Virus record (IMG/VR): IMGVR_UViG_3300031957_000171
Coordinates: 1-55,065 of that record
Direction: 5' to 3' (one strand)
DNA length: 55,065 nucleotides
Source: a virus
Lineage: Duplodnaviria; Caudoviricetes
The notes below the pieces were generated by a model, which was not told where the DNA came from, made no database searches, and saw nothing but the letters and a program-made list of their open reading frames with translations. The position numbers and the translations under genes are program-made. This document shows positions 9,301 to 18,045 of the stretch, in pieces. Each line of letters opens with the position of its first letter. The stretch's first letter is position 1.

Positions 9301-11399
9301 GCGCAGCCAATCCAGCGGCAAGGTTCTTAGGTAGAATACCTTTTGGTACATACGCTTTGTTTCCTACAGAGATGTTACGTACAACAAAAAATATAATTAA
9401 GTATGCTGTTAAAGATATTAAAGAAGGCGTGGCTACAGGTAACAAAGCACAAGTTATTAATGGTATGCGTAAAGTTGTAGGTCTAGGTGCTACTGGTGCT
9501 GGTATCGGTGCGGCTGTTGATACTAATAATACAATGTATGGTATCACTGAAGATGACAAGAGAGCTTTAGATGCTGCTGCTCCTGACTGGGGTAAAGGTG
9601 GTAATCCTTTATTTTTAGAAGGTATAGTTGAAGATGCTCAAGGTAAGATTATAACTAGAAATGTTAGGTCTGCAAATTTTGATGCTCAAGATTATTTAAA
9701 AGTACCTCTACGGTTGATGACAGGTAAGATACTTGCTGGTGAAAATGTAACTGATCTTGAAATAGAAGATGCTATTAAAGCAATGGGAAGTTCTATCCTT
9801 GGCCCATATACTAATACTAAGTTTATATATGAAGCACTGGCTAATGTAGTTACTGGTGTTGATTTAGAAACTGAAAGACCTATCTATTCAACAATTAGTG
9901 ATGAAGCTGGCTTCTCTTCTGAGAATATTAAGAGAGCTATTCTTGAATTAGGTAGCAGTCTTATTCCCGGTTCTATTGAACCTTTGATTAAATATTCAGA
10001 ATCAAGTGCTGCTGCTGAAGTTACTAAAGATGGTAAGGGTCTTAGTAAGTCTGGCTTTCCTTTGAGAGAGAACGATATTATTACATGGGCAACAAGTGGT
10101 ATACGTCCTTCTACTATTGATGTTAAAAAGTCTATTGGATATAGCTTATCTAAACAAATAAAAGACATGGCCCAAAGTAAAAAAGCTTTTGAAAACTTTA
10201 TTCGTACTATGCCAGTTAAAGATTATAGTAAACCGGACAACATGCAGGAGCTTCTAGATGTCTACAAAAAATATCAAGATTTAAAAGTTTCATCAAGTAG
10301 AAGACTTGCTGATAAAATTAACTTGTTTAAGAATATAAACTATACAGATAGTAGTGGTGAGCGTAGAAAGTTTGGTCTTGAGCAAGTTATAATGGCTGCT
10401 ACTAACGATGGGTTTTATAAAAATAAAGAGGGCGTAGAAGCTATTGCCTTGGCTGATGCTGAATTAGATAATTATAGACGTGGTATTTTCTTACCAGATG
10501 ATATAAATGATAATGATAATTTTGTTAAGATGCTTACTGATAAGGGTGTACCTCTTAGTATCTTTAGCGAGTTAGCTAAGATTAATAGAACTTACTATGA
10601 GAAGATGGATGAAGGTCTGGTAAAAATGGCTAGAGGTGGGTCTATTACAGACATGCTGCCCACAGTAAACGTAGTAGCACCTCCTATAGCAAGGGGTTCT
10701 TTTAATCTGCCTTCCCTTGAAGAGCTTAGAGAAAAAGAACTAGCAATGGGAAGAGGTGTCAAAGAAGCAGAAGTAGAACCTACTGTAACTCCTGTAGAGA
10801 TTGCACCAGTACTGCCTAATGTCATACCAGAAGTTGAAGATCGTAGTCGTACTGCACCACTATCTCCAGAGAAGCCACCTGTACCTAAAGACTTTAAAAA
10901 TATTATGTTTGATAATGTTATAGAAAGATTAGGAGTAAAGCCTGACGATCAAGAGAAAGCTTATACAAATTTAGAAAAGTTTGCAGAACTAACTAGAAAT
11001 ACAGAAAGTAGTAACGATTATACAGTAAAGAATAAGGCTGTTCGTGGAAAGAAAGCTACTACTGCAAAGGGAGCTTATCAGTTTGTAGATGATTCAATAG
11101 TTCCAGCACTCAATAGATTAAAAAGATTAATTGGTGAACAACCTTGGATGACTGAATTGAGAAAAAGCAATGATATTTTTTCATTAACAAATAGACAGCA
11201 AGACTTACTTTTTTTTGGAGATATGTTTGAAAAAACAGTAGATAAAAAAACAGGTGTAGGGGATAAGCTTCTTAAAAAAATTATGAAAGGTGATAAGGAG
11301 GCTATGCTCCAAATGTACAAAAAAGCACATCATACAGGTAAGCTACCACCAGAAGCTTTAAAGAATGCACGAAGAAATTTTTTAAAAGGAACTAAATAA
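6309..11399 (+). CDS. Large internal virion (ejectosome) protein with C-terminal lysozyme-like/transglycosylase domain
   Basis: 1696 aa helical protein with Gly/Ala hydrophobic segments; C-terminal TES...AKGAYQF motif. Confidence 0.65.
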   Translation: MVTLPQAPSILDSISNLSSDVKNIPLEGEIKSSSSLPQAPSILDSISKTEQPTEVEVDEKATPATLGSNETWLASAKAIYEDEVGESFDPEEAGYDNISDWFENRHSKYNWNIVNMLDTGFSVDEKSNDVKKAWLDSMDLYDESDSDAGDFFRAAKNVLLDPTTIASLLATFGVGTAAKLGGQKVAALAAKTTFKQNLREQLKNKVSKETIEEIIKTKGSKDITAEALKTARNKAALQTVGYKSLTMIPVPAAYSSAYDVAEQEMELNTLIPEDVAFQQGISIEEATKQIEDKKREGYDLASIAKAAALGGTFGALLGPLPTYIGSKIGMKKALRKSKEGADDLIDVKYSPVGNPNLSVREKMSREKFNKLSQDGGIDTVAYKSITEAPQRATNNPKVNIDGEQIIERVLPDGTTVKTVRQKITEKIADIGGERLANINTVAGRWLTSTAALPTTIARAARQRSNGTKAAQMKIESSLDNLKSLQKKEKISEAAVTRFINNNDDTLIKSEKGEASETLNKLNEIKKDIFDNQEKINTLAGKKTDEELMREAKSLSTKSSQDEAEIFKNLREKENKIGVAFGEDGGYYFRTYEASYNPKYLKEIENALSAKGIAKSEFIIKVQDFKQALREHPDFKKANEGKLDDTVLNLVNRLSKDDTTLFDQPFKIIEDFLGSTSASKGGTRVGRRKEIDTALLNLLGEVKDPYTKISNTLAKQNRIISELQYVDDVNKFFQNILTKNSDVNLNLGGLVNALPTTQARASRKELRGTTSKSLNNLYEEILGDKAKKLNTNSSNLPKEIYVDPNMDKLIRDGLDSVFPSSNKNSGGVGNAIWGGLQQAAAFGQSTQTILDYPAYFINSYGAVQNLIASGHLFNKSAWKSLRRSGQEMRKGIRNKDPEVLEYITKLKRDGVIDSDLTSEMIIRNLNQNSGTMAGGPFVQTYKKGMEKLSRAYGSPDTYAKIIAHKSETAALKKMFPKKSVDEIFEMASDRVVNTMPTYGAANPAARFLGRIPFGTYALFPTEMLRTTKNIIKYAVKDIKEGVATGNKAQVINGMRKVVGLGATGAGIGAAVDTNNTMYGITEDDKRALDAAAPDWGKGGNPLFLEGIVEDAQGKIITRNVRSANFDAQDYLKVPLRLMTGKILAGENVTDLEIEDAIKAMGSSILGPYTNTKFIYEALANVVTGVDLETERPIYSTISDEAGFSSENIKRAILELGSSLIPGSIEPLIKYSESSAAAEVTKDGKGLSKSGFPLRENDIITWATSGIRPSTIDVKKSIGYSLSKQIKDMAQSKKAFENFIRTMPVKDYSKPDNMQELLDVYKKYQDLKVSSSRRLADKINLFKNINYTDSSGERRKFGLEQVIMAATNDGFYKNKEGVEAIALADAELDNYRRGIFLPDDINDNDNFVKMLTDKGVPLSIFSELAKINRTYYEKMDEGLVKMARGGSITDMLPTVNVVAPPIARGSFNLPSLEELREKELAMGRGVKEAEVEPTVTPVEIAPVLPNVIPEVEDRSRTAPLSPEKPPVPKDFKNIMFDNVIERLGVKPDDQEKAYTNLEKFAELTRNTESSNDYTVKNKAVRGKKATTAKGAYQFVDDSIVPALNRLKRLIGEQPWMTELRKSNDIFSLTNRQQDLLFFGDMFEKTVDKKTGVGDKLLKKIMKGDKEAMLQMYKKAHHTGKLPPEALKNARRNFLKGTK
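6321..6451 (+). repeat. 35-nt direct repeat encoding PQAPSILDSIS twice
   Basis: cctcaagctccttcaatacttgatagtatatctaa at 6321 and 6417. Confidence 0.85.
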
Positions 11400-11647
11400 T
11401 GGAAGCCTCTGTAAGTATGATATGGAATGCTATACTAAGCCTAGCCTGTGGCTCTTTCATATGGTGGATGAGGGGTGTCAGCACTAAGATAGATGATAAC
11501 CGTAAGCTACTCAGTAGGACTAGAGAAGAGATAGCCAAAGAGTATGCTTTGAAAGATGATGTAGAGAAAGACTTAAACAAAATCATGGATCGCTTTGATC
11601 GTGTAGAAAATAAACTAGATAACTTAATGGAGAGAATAGTAAAGTAA
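11399..11647 (+). CDS. Small membrane protein with coiled coil (lysis-associated)
   Basis: N-terminal TM helix, C-terminal coiled coil, immediately upstream of endolysin. Confidence 0.55.
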   Translation: MEASVSMIWNAILSLACGSFIWWMRGVSTKIDDNRKLLSRTREEIAKEYALKDDVEKDLNKIMDRFDRVENKLDNLMERIVK

Positions 11648-12033
11648 TGTCTATCAACTCAGAATATTTCACAGAGAAAGAACTTCGCTGTAGAGGCACT
11701 GGAGAGTGCGACATGGACGATAACTTTATGTTAAAGTTAGAGAAGTTAAGAAAAAAATATAACACACCTATGATTGTCACATCGGCATACAGACACCCAG
11801 CACATAACGTAGCTATAGGTGGAAGCAGATACTCAGCACACATTAAAGGCAGGGCTGTTGATGTATTAGTCTCAGGTAAAGATGCACTGCGGCTAGTGCG
11901 TTTGGCACTGGAGCAAGGCATGACAGGCATTGGTGTGGCGCAGAGAGGCCCACATGATAAAAGATTTATACACCTAGATGACCTAGAAGATACTCACGAA
12001 ACCCCTAGACCTTGGATATGGAGTTATAAGTAA
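11647..12033 (+). CDS. Endolysin, peptidase M15 (Zn D-Ala-D-Ala carboxypeptidase-like)
   Basis: TSAYR..HN..GG...SAH..GRAVD...FIHLD motifs. Confidence 0.85.
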   Translation: MSINSEYFTEKELRCRGTGECDMDDNFMLKLEKLRKKYNTPMIVTSAYRHPAHNVAIGGSRYSAHIKGRAVDVLVSGKDALRLVRLALEQGMTGIGVAQRGPHDKRFIHLDDLEDTHETPRPWIWSYK

Positions 12034-12326
12034 TGGATGCTAAATTTTATATAAGCTTGGGAGTTGGACTGTTTGTACAGGCTGCTGGGATTGTCTGGTG
12101 GTTGGCAGGATTGCAAGCCAGTATGCAACACAATAACTTTCAAATACAAATGATAAACAAAGATGTACAAAAGAATTCAAACTTTGTAGAGCTATGGCCA
12201 GCTGGTAAGTGGGGTAGTGGCTCTCTACCAAGTGACGTTAGGCAAGACCTAAAGATTGGTAATCTTGAAATGCAAATGAACAAGCTCAATGAAAAGATTT
12301 TTAATGGTGGTTATAATAGGAAATGA
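12033..12326 (+). CDS. Membrane protein, hypothetical
   Basis: N-terminal TM helix followed by coiled coil. Confidence 0.5.
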   Translation: MDAKFYISLGVGLFVQAAGIVWWLAGLQASMQHNNFQIQMINKDVQKNSNFVELWPAGKWGSGSLPSDVRQDLKIGNLEMQMNKLNEKIFNGGYNRK

Positions 12327-12586
12327 CAACCTTTGCTAAAATAGAAAATATCTTAGCTGATGTTATTGCTCCTTCTATAGCTCAACACGGTGGGCTTATA
12401 CAATTATTATCTTACGATGAAGAAAAAAAGAATGTTCATGTAAAATTAACTGGCTCATGTGCAGGGTGCGCTGCCAGTTCATTTACCCTCAAGCTGGGTG
12501 TAGAGCAAACTCTTAAAGAATACCTGCCAGATGATGTAGAAAGTGTGTCACATGAGGACGGGGACATAATTAACCCCTATTACTGA
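12323..12586 (+). CDS. NifU C-terminal / NfuA-like Fe-S carrier domain protein
   Basis: IAPSIAQHGG...V.L.GSCAGC..S..TLK.GVE..L. Confidence 0.85.
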   Translation: MTTFAKIENILADVIAPSIAQHGGLIQLLSYDEEKKNVHVKLTGSCAGCAASSFTLKLGVEQTLKEYLPDDVESVSHEDGDIINPYY

Positions 12587-12680
12587 AAAAAATAGGCCCG
12601 TAGAGCCTCACTGAGTAGCCTTCTGGGGTAGTTTGTAACCTGTCCTATCCCAGAGGTATCAATGTTGCTGTACGGGCCTT
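12587..12680. terminator. Long imperfect inverted repeat at the convergence of the two arms; probable terminator for the - arm
   Basis: aggcccgta...tacgggcct outer stem and tctggg..cccaga inner stem; A7 run at 12587 reads as U7 on the - strand. Confidence 0.5.
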
Positions 12681-12700
12681 GTACCCTACCTAGCGTTGAT

Positions 12701-13174
12701 TCAGTCTATCTCAGTGGTGTCTTCCTCTTCTTCTACCACCTCTATAGCTTCTTCTTCTTCATCCTCCATGAAATCACACTTGTTTAGTAGGATATATACT
12801 TTATCTGCACCCAAGATGTTTAAGCACTGCACTATACCTGACTCTAAAGACTTCTCATCAAGCACTCCATCCATGTCAGAGTTATTACCTCTAATCCTAG
12901 ACAATAATTCAAGAGCTTTCAGTGCGCTGTTGGTATGACCATTGGCTCTTGCAAATGTATATTGATTTTCAATCTCTTCAATAACATCTACATTGGTTAC
13001 AAGCTCATTCTCTAACTCCCTTACTCTCTCAGCAACCTCTTCGTTATTGATAAGCCTGTAGCCTTGGTTGGCTGCTGACGCTGCTGAGTATCCTGCTGAC
13101 TTGGCTGCTTCAGTTGCATTCCTATGAAGGATATAAGACTGAGCAAACTTCTCTTGCTTTTCGTTTAAAGCCAT
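12701..13174 (-). CDS. terS: Terminase small subunit
   Basis: LNEKQEKFAQSY....NATEAA.SAGYS...A...G.RL HTH; KALELL motif. Confidence 0.85.
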   Translation of the reverse strand: MALNEKQEKFAQSYILHRNATEAAKSAGYSAASAANQGYRLINNEEVAERVRELENELVTNVDVIEEIENQYTFARANGHTNSALKALELLSRIRGNNSDMDGVLDEKSLESGIVQCLNILGADKVYILLNKCDFMEDEEEEAIEVVEEEEDTTEID

Positions 13175-13177
13175 TGG

Positions 13178-13579
13178 CTATTTCATATTGTTTCTAGCGA
13201 CACCCTTCCACTTCTCAGCAGTACGCATACCACCAAGACCTAGAAGAGAAAGCAAGAGTGTCATTAGAGCCTGTGTGTCCAGCACTGGTAGCACAACAAT
13301 AGGATACCAAATAGCAAAGCCCCAGCTTGCAATGGGTGCTACAATAAACTGCCACAGCAGAGCAAAGCAGCAGACCCACATGATGGCTGGCCTTGCTCCA
13401 CTTACAAAGATAGAGGGGTGCTTTGCCTGTTCGATGTTTGCTTCTGCTTGAGCAAGGTCAAGAGTAATTAACTGTGTTTTTAACTCTGCATTGAGTTTAG
13501 TCTTTAGGTCTTTATCCTCAACAAATTTATCAAGAATTTTACCTGCTACTCCGATAACTGAATCTGCAATTCCTAGCAT
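13178..13579 (-). CDS. Holin, GTA_holin_3TM-like
   Basis: F.SGARP.I.W, TM helices, LLGLGGMRT.EK.KG. Confidence 0.8.
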   Translation of the reverse strand: MLGIADSVIGVAGKILDKFVEDKDLKTKLNAELKTQLITLDLAQAEANIEQAKHPSIFVSGARPAIMWVCCFALLWQFIVAPIASWGFAIWYPIVVLPVLDTQALMTLLLSLLGLGGMRTAEKWKGVARNNMK

Positions 13580-14313
13580 TATTCTTCTCCTACTGTTACA
13601 TTATTTGTGTCTTTATCCATTTGAGTTAGGGGTATAATATTAATACGCTTATGTATTTTATACCCTTCTGTTATTAGTCTATCATCTTCATCTAAAACAT
13701 CAAAGAAAACATAGACACAGAAATCTGGATACTGTTTAGTAAAATCTTCCATGATATTACCAATGAACTGCATCCAATCATAGGGACTATGTAGAGAGAT
13801 GTGTGCGTTACTACCATCAGCTAACTTCTTTAGTGCTGGCATACAGGCGATGTTAAGAAAAGCTATCTTCTGAGAGTAGCTAAAGATTTCTCTGATCACC
13901 CAGTCTAAATCACTGGTAGGTACATGCTCTAGTACATCAGTTGAAATAACTGCATCATACAAACCCATAGGTAGTTTACTATGCTCTTCATGGCCGGGAT
14001 CAAACAAGGCTAACTTCTCCAATCCCCAATACTCATTAAGAGGTACAGTTAGTTTGGGATCGTCTCTAGTTACCTTGCCAAAGTCTTTAGTGTACAGTAG
14101 TCCTTTGCCACAACCATAATCAATTAGACTTTTGCATTCATGCTTGTCTAAATAGTTTTTAATTATATCAATATACTTTACAAGGCTTCTTCCATTGAAC
14201 ATGCCTTCAGCCTGTTTATGCATGTCTTTATATTCAGAAAGAAGATCAGTGTACCTCTTGGATGGCCCTTCTCTACTCAATAACTTATTACAATCAATCA
14301 TAGTATCCCTCAA
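13579..14313 (-). CDS. Class I SAM-dependent methyltransferase
   Basis: LIDYGCGKG motif I; DAVISTDVLEHVP. Confidence 0.85.
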   Translation of the reverse strand: MRDTMIDCNKLLSREGPSKRYTDLLSEYKDMHKQAEGMFNGRSLVKYIDIIKNYLDKHECKSLIDYGCGKGLLYTKDFGKVTRDDPKLTVPLNEYWGLEKLALFDPGHEEHSKLPMGLYDAVISTDVLEHVPTSDLDWVIREIFSYSQKIAFLNIACMPALKKLADGSNAHISLHSPYDWMQFIGNIMEDFTKQYPDFCVYVFFDVLDEDDRLITEGYKIHKRINIIPLTQMDKDTNNVTVGEE

Positions 14314-16669
14314 ATTGCGGACGTTTTTCTAGTGCTTCCTTTATCTTCCATAGATCAGATACCATCGTATCTTTTCCGTGGAATGTCAAGATGCCTTCAA
14401 GACCTTCATCAGAGAAAATCTTCTCACAATCCTGACCCATAGCCAGAAGCTCTCCCGTAGTCCAGTAAGTATTCTTACCAACTGTTACTTGGAAGTACTT
14501 AGGTCTAGGTGATTCACCACCCTCTAAGTCTCCTGTAGTCTCAGTCTTCTGTTTCTTAGAAGGCTCTTTCATGGAGCAATCAAAACCAAATAGATGTATA
14601 TCTCTAAAGCCTAGTGTGTGCAGCATACCTATGCTACGCATGGCAGCACAAGTACCACCTGTAATTAGAGTAGCACCCTTGGGGATACCCAGTTCCTCTT
14701 CGATCTTTACCTGCTGGTTCCTAATCTCCTGTCCCTGATCTGACTCACTCCTCAGTGAATCTGTAAAGGCGTGCCATCCCCATACATCACACTTGTTTTC
14801 AATAAGATATTCTGTAACAGAAGGATCAGTCATGGAAGCCAGCATGAATTTAGTATTAGTATTGAGTTTCTTAAAGAGATTCTTACGGACAATACCATGT
14901 GTAGATACACCAGTAAGAGGACGTGGGTCAAGGATGACACATGCCCAAGGCTCAATACCATTCTTTAATAGAGTAGGATAGGAATGTTTAACACATACTA
15001 CTTTAATATCCTTGTTGTTTTTAATTAGCTTTTTAAGTTCAGTATAGTTAGTAAAGGGACCAGCCGATACTAGTACTGCTTTACCTTTATGTATAGGATG
15101 CTTGGTTACCCACTTCTTTTCATCCAGAAGTTCCATGTTAGAAATAATATTATTCCTAATGTATTCTTTAGGTACGCAATCTCTTGGATGTACAACTACT
15201 GGAACTCTTTTTAGTTCGTCAGGACATCCCGGTAGATTGTCATCGGAGAGTATAAGACAGAGATGAGTGTGACCACCACCAACAACATTATCACCAGAGG
15301 GTAGAACATACTTCCGAATATTAACGGTCTCATCGAATACAGTCCAACCATCCTCAGTAGTTTCTTGAGCGTCAACTTTCTTCGTAGGTATCTTATCAAA
15401 GACATTTTTAACTCCATGATATTCTTCAGGTGGTGTCTTGTCATCATCATCTTTAGTAAAGAAGTGATCCATCACTACCACAGGAACATGTTTCAGCATG
15501 GCGTACTCATGCTCTACAGTTTTAATACTATTACCACTACCTATCATTGCCAGATCAATCTTATCCAGCGTTAGAGATGTAAGAGTATTACGAACATTAC
15601 CTTTATACAGTTCAAAAGTAAACTTCTTATCAGTCTTCTTCATAACTTCAGTAAATTCATGCAGTCTCTTGGTGACTGCGGCATAAGTATTATGAGGCTT
15701 TACATTAAACTCTTCTTCATCAACCTCAATACTTGCATCTTCAAAGAGATCATATCCAATGTAGTGTACCTTGTCTGAGTTTTCAAAGGAAGCCAAAGAC
15801 ATTTCAATAGCACGTCCAGCATTCCATGTCCCTGTTTCTAAGATAGTCTCTGGTTTGTAAAGACGTATGATATCAGCAAGCTGCTTATATCTCTGCGGTA
15901 GAATGTCTGGAGATGTTTCTTCATCAGATAGTTTGAAAACTCTTTCACCATCAGAATCTCTAATAGCAACATTGGTGCTACCCTTAAGGTGGAGAAACAA
16001 ATCACTTACTATAGAGTTATCTCTCTCTAATTCATGTACTCGCATACCATGAGCAGTATAGATAGTCATTAACCTACTAAAGATAAAGCCATCATACCAC
16101 TCACGATAGTTCATAAACTCATTAGAAATGTAACAACCACGTAGATCACCAAGCATATCTACAGATGATTGACGTGAAAGATTAAATCCCTGTAGAAAAT
16201 AATCTGGTTCATCTTCATCATCTATTAGATAAACTACATCACATTTATCTTCGTTAATGGGTAGCATTTTATTGAGAGAATTTACTGTAATCTTTTTCTT
16301 GGAGATGGTATCAGCATCTATCCAGAATAACCAGCAGTCTTCATTATTAAATGCAGCCTCAGTCAACGCCATTACTTTAGGTATAAATGTAGCAGCATCT
16401 ATTGAACGATTGTACTGTACTTTTCCACCTTCAGTGCCGTCGTGGATTTTATTATTCTCCATACACTCAGCATAATCTTCTACCTCTTCTAAGTTATGGT
16501 AGAAGATATTATCAGCTTCAGGAAGAACATGTTTTTTAATATCTATATCATAGTAATAACAGTGTATATCTATAGATGACTGCCATGTCTTAGACATTAG
16601 ACTAAGAAGATGCGAAGACATCTCCTTTAGATATGCTTCATTAAAACATGTTACAAACTTATACTTCAT
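14294..16669 (-). CDS. Three-domain protein: GT-A glycosyltransferase-like + methyltransferase-like + Maf/DUF115 (sialyltransferase-like fold)
   Basis: WIDAD (DxD); ILETGTW..G / YIGYDLF; VLVSAGP, ILDP, GGT...LGFRDIHLFGFD. Confidence 0.7.
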   Translation of the reverse strand: MKYKFVTCFNEAYLKEMSSHLLSLMSKTWQSSIDIHCYYYDIDIKKHVLPEADNIFYHNLEEVEDYAECMENNKIHDGTEGGKVQYNRSIDAATFIPKVMALTEAAFNNEDCWLFWIDADTISKKKITVNSLNKMLPINEDKCDVVYLIDDEDEPDYFLQGFNLSRQSSVDMLGDLRGCYISNEFMNYREWYDGFIFSRLMTIYTAHGMRVHELERDNSIVSDLFLHLKGSTNVAIRDSDGERVFKLSDEETSPDILPQRYKQLADIIRLYKPETILETGTWNAGRAIEMSLASFENSDKVHYIGYDLFEDASIEVDEEEFNVKPHNTYAAVTKRLHEFTEVMKKTDKKFTFELYKGNVRNTLTSLTLDKIDLAMIGSGNSIKTVEHEYAMLKHVPVVVMDHFFTKDDDDKTPPEEYHGVKNVFDKIPTKKVDAQETTEDGWTVFDETVNIRKYVLPSGDNVVGGGHTHLCLILSDDNLPGCPDELKRVPVVVHPRDCVPKEYIRNNIISNMELLDEKKWVTKHPIHKGKAVLVSAGPFTNYTELKKLIKNNKDIKVVCVKHSYPTLLKNGIEPWACVILDPRPLTGVSTHGIVRKNLFKKLNTNTKFMLASMTDPSVTEYLIENKCDVWGWHAFTDSLRSESDQGQEIRNQQVKIEEELGIPKGATLITGGTCAAMRSIGMLHTLGFRDIHLFGFDCSMKEPSKKQKTETTGDLEGGESPRPKYFQVTVGKNTYWTTGELLAMGQDCEKIFSDEGLEGILTFHGKDTMVSDLWKIKEALEKRPQFEGYYD

Positions 16670-17441
16670 TATACATGTCCATTGGCTTTATTTTTCCTCG
16701 TCCGGCTAGGTATGTATAATCCCCATTCCATTCGGCTGCATACTTACCATCACTAGTCCGGCCACACTTCCAATCTTTAAACCAAGGACCACCTGTTGTA
16801 AAGTGTACGTTCTTGGCATCCATGTCTTCTGGAGAATGATTGTCCAACCAGTTCCATTCTTCATGGATGCTACCAATATCAGAATCTTTATCAGGCAACC
16901 ACTCAAAGCCGTGCAAGTATCCACCAGTCTCTGTGTTTACAAGTTCAGGAGTAAGCTTCTTATTGAGCTTGTGACTACAGTTAAAGAGCATTAGACTAGA
17001 CCAATTCTTACGTCGGTAGTCCTGTTGTTTACGTCCATCCATTTTAACACCATCACCCGGTGCATACTTATGTTTAACACAGTACAGTGGGTAGTAGTCT
17101 GAGTTATACTCTTCAAAGATTTCATTGATGTCAGTACGTAGGTACATGTCAGAGTCCATGTACAAGGCCCAGCCTTCATACATGTTCATGGCTGGCACCA
17201 AGAAGCGAGTGAAACTAAACTCACTTGAGAAGGGCTTGCCGTCAATCTTATCAATAGTTTGTCCATCAACTACATCAAACTCTCTGGTGTACATACCCAT
17301 TCGCTCTGCGACATCACGCCGGATAGGTACAACACGTACATTATCTACGGCTATCCGTTCAATGGTAAACTTTAAAACTTCATAGGCTGTATTCTCTTTA
17401 GGATCATATCCTATGTATACAGTGTTAGGTGATTTCTTCAT
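16659..17441 (-). CDS. GT8-like glycosyltransferase (CDI-like)
   Basis: YIGYD..E, FSFTRFLVP, YMDSDM, RKNWSS, WNWL, VHFTTGGPW. Confidence 0.85.
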   Translation of the reverse strand: MKKSPNTVYIGYDPKENTAYEVLKFTIERIAVDNVRVVPIRRDVAERMGMYTREFDVVDGQTIDKIDGKPFSSEFSFTRFLVPAMNMYEGWALYMDSDMYLRTDINEIFEEYNSDYYPLYCVKHKYAPGDGVKMDGRKQQDYRRKNWSSLMLFNCSHKLNKKLTPELVNTETGGYLHGFEWLPDKDSDIGSIHEEWNWLDNHSPEDMDAKNVHFTTGGPWFKDWKCGRTSDGKYAAEWNGDYTYLAGRGKIKPMDMYNEV

Positions 17442-18006
17442 CTATATTCCTTTTTTCATTTCCATGATTAGGGTGAAAATTATAATTAATACTTGCTACT
17501 GCTCTGACTGCTGCTGCTTCTTCAACAGTGTCATAATATCCTAAATGTTTTTTAATATAATTTATAGATATTTCTGCACAATATTTTCTGTACCGTTTAT
17601 AAAACCTCACACCTGAATAACCAGTTGTACTATTGGTTTGTAGTGTTCTATTTTTATTATTTTCAGCCTGAGTTACATCTCTAAGATTTTTTATTCTATT
17701 ATCTGTAGGGTCTTGGTTGATATGGTCTATATGATTTTTAGGCCACTCACCATAATATATTAACCATACTATACGATGTGCAGTATAGTTTTTGTTGAGC
17801 ACACGACCACCTAACCTAGATATCTGTCCAGAATTTCTACGAGTAATGTTTGTAAGTGCTTCTTTACCAGCCCATCTAGTATTCCAAGACTTCATATTTA
17901 TTTTAAAGTTCTTAAAATATTTTGGTGATCTTTCTTTCCAGAAGAGTTTACCAGTATCAGGATTGTAAGTTAATAATTCTCTAGCTATTTCAGCAGTAAG
18001 TTCCAT
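17425..18006 (-). CDS. HNH endonuclease with AP2-like C-terminal domain
   Basis: AHRIVW..YGEWP...IDHIN....DNRI.NLR; TGYSGV...HLGYY...EEAA. Confidence 0.85.
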   Translation of the reverse strand: MELTAEIARELLTYNPDTGKLFWKERSPKYFKNFKINMKSWNTRWAGKEALTNITRRNSGQISRLGGRVLNKNYTAHRIVWLIYYGEWPKNHIDHINQDPTDNRIKNLRDVTQAENNKNRTLQTNSTTGYSGVRFYKRYRKYCAEISINYIKKHLGYYDTVEEAAAVRAVASINYNFHPNHGNEKRNIDEEIT

Positions 18007-18016
18007 AATAATTATC

Positions 18017-18045
18017 CTTATACACTATATTTGTTTACTTGTCAA
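18017..18045 (-). promoter_or_regulatory. Sigma70-like promoter
   Basis: TTGACA-N17-TATAAG on - strand, overlapping the nrdB stop. Confidence 0.65.

Noticed and set aside
9660-9700. Virion RNA polymerase motif (SANFDAQD) in the 1696-aa protein
   Set aside because: Does not match the DxDxD catalytic pattern; no other RNAP motifs seen.
13579-14313. DNA methyltransferase
   Set aside because: Lacks DPPY/NPPY or PC motifs; DVLEH pattern fits small-molecule/sugar methyltransferases.
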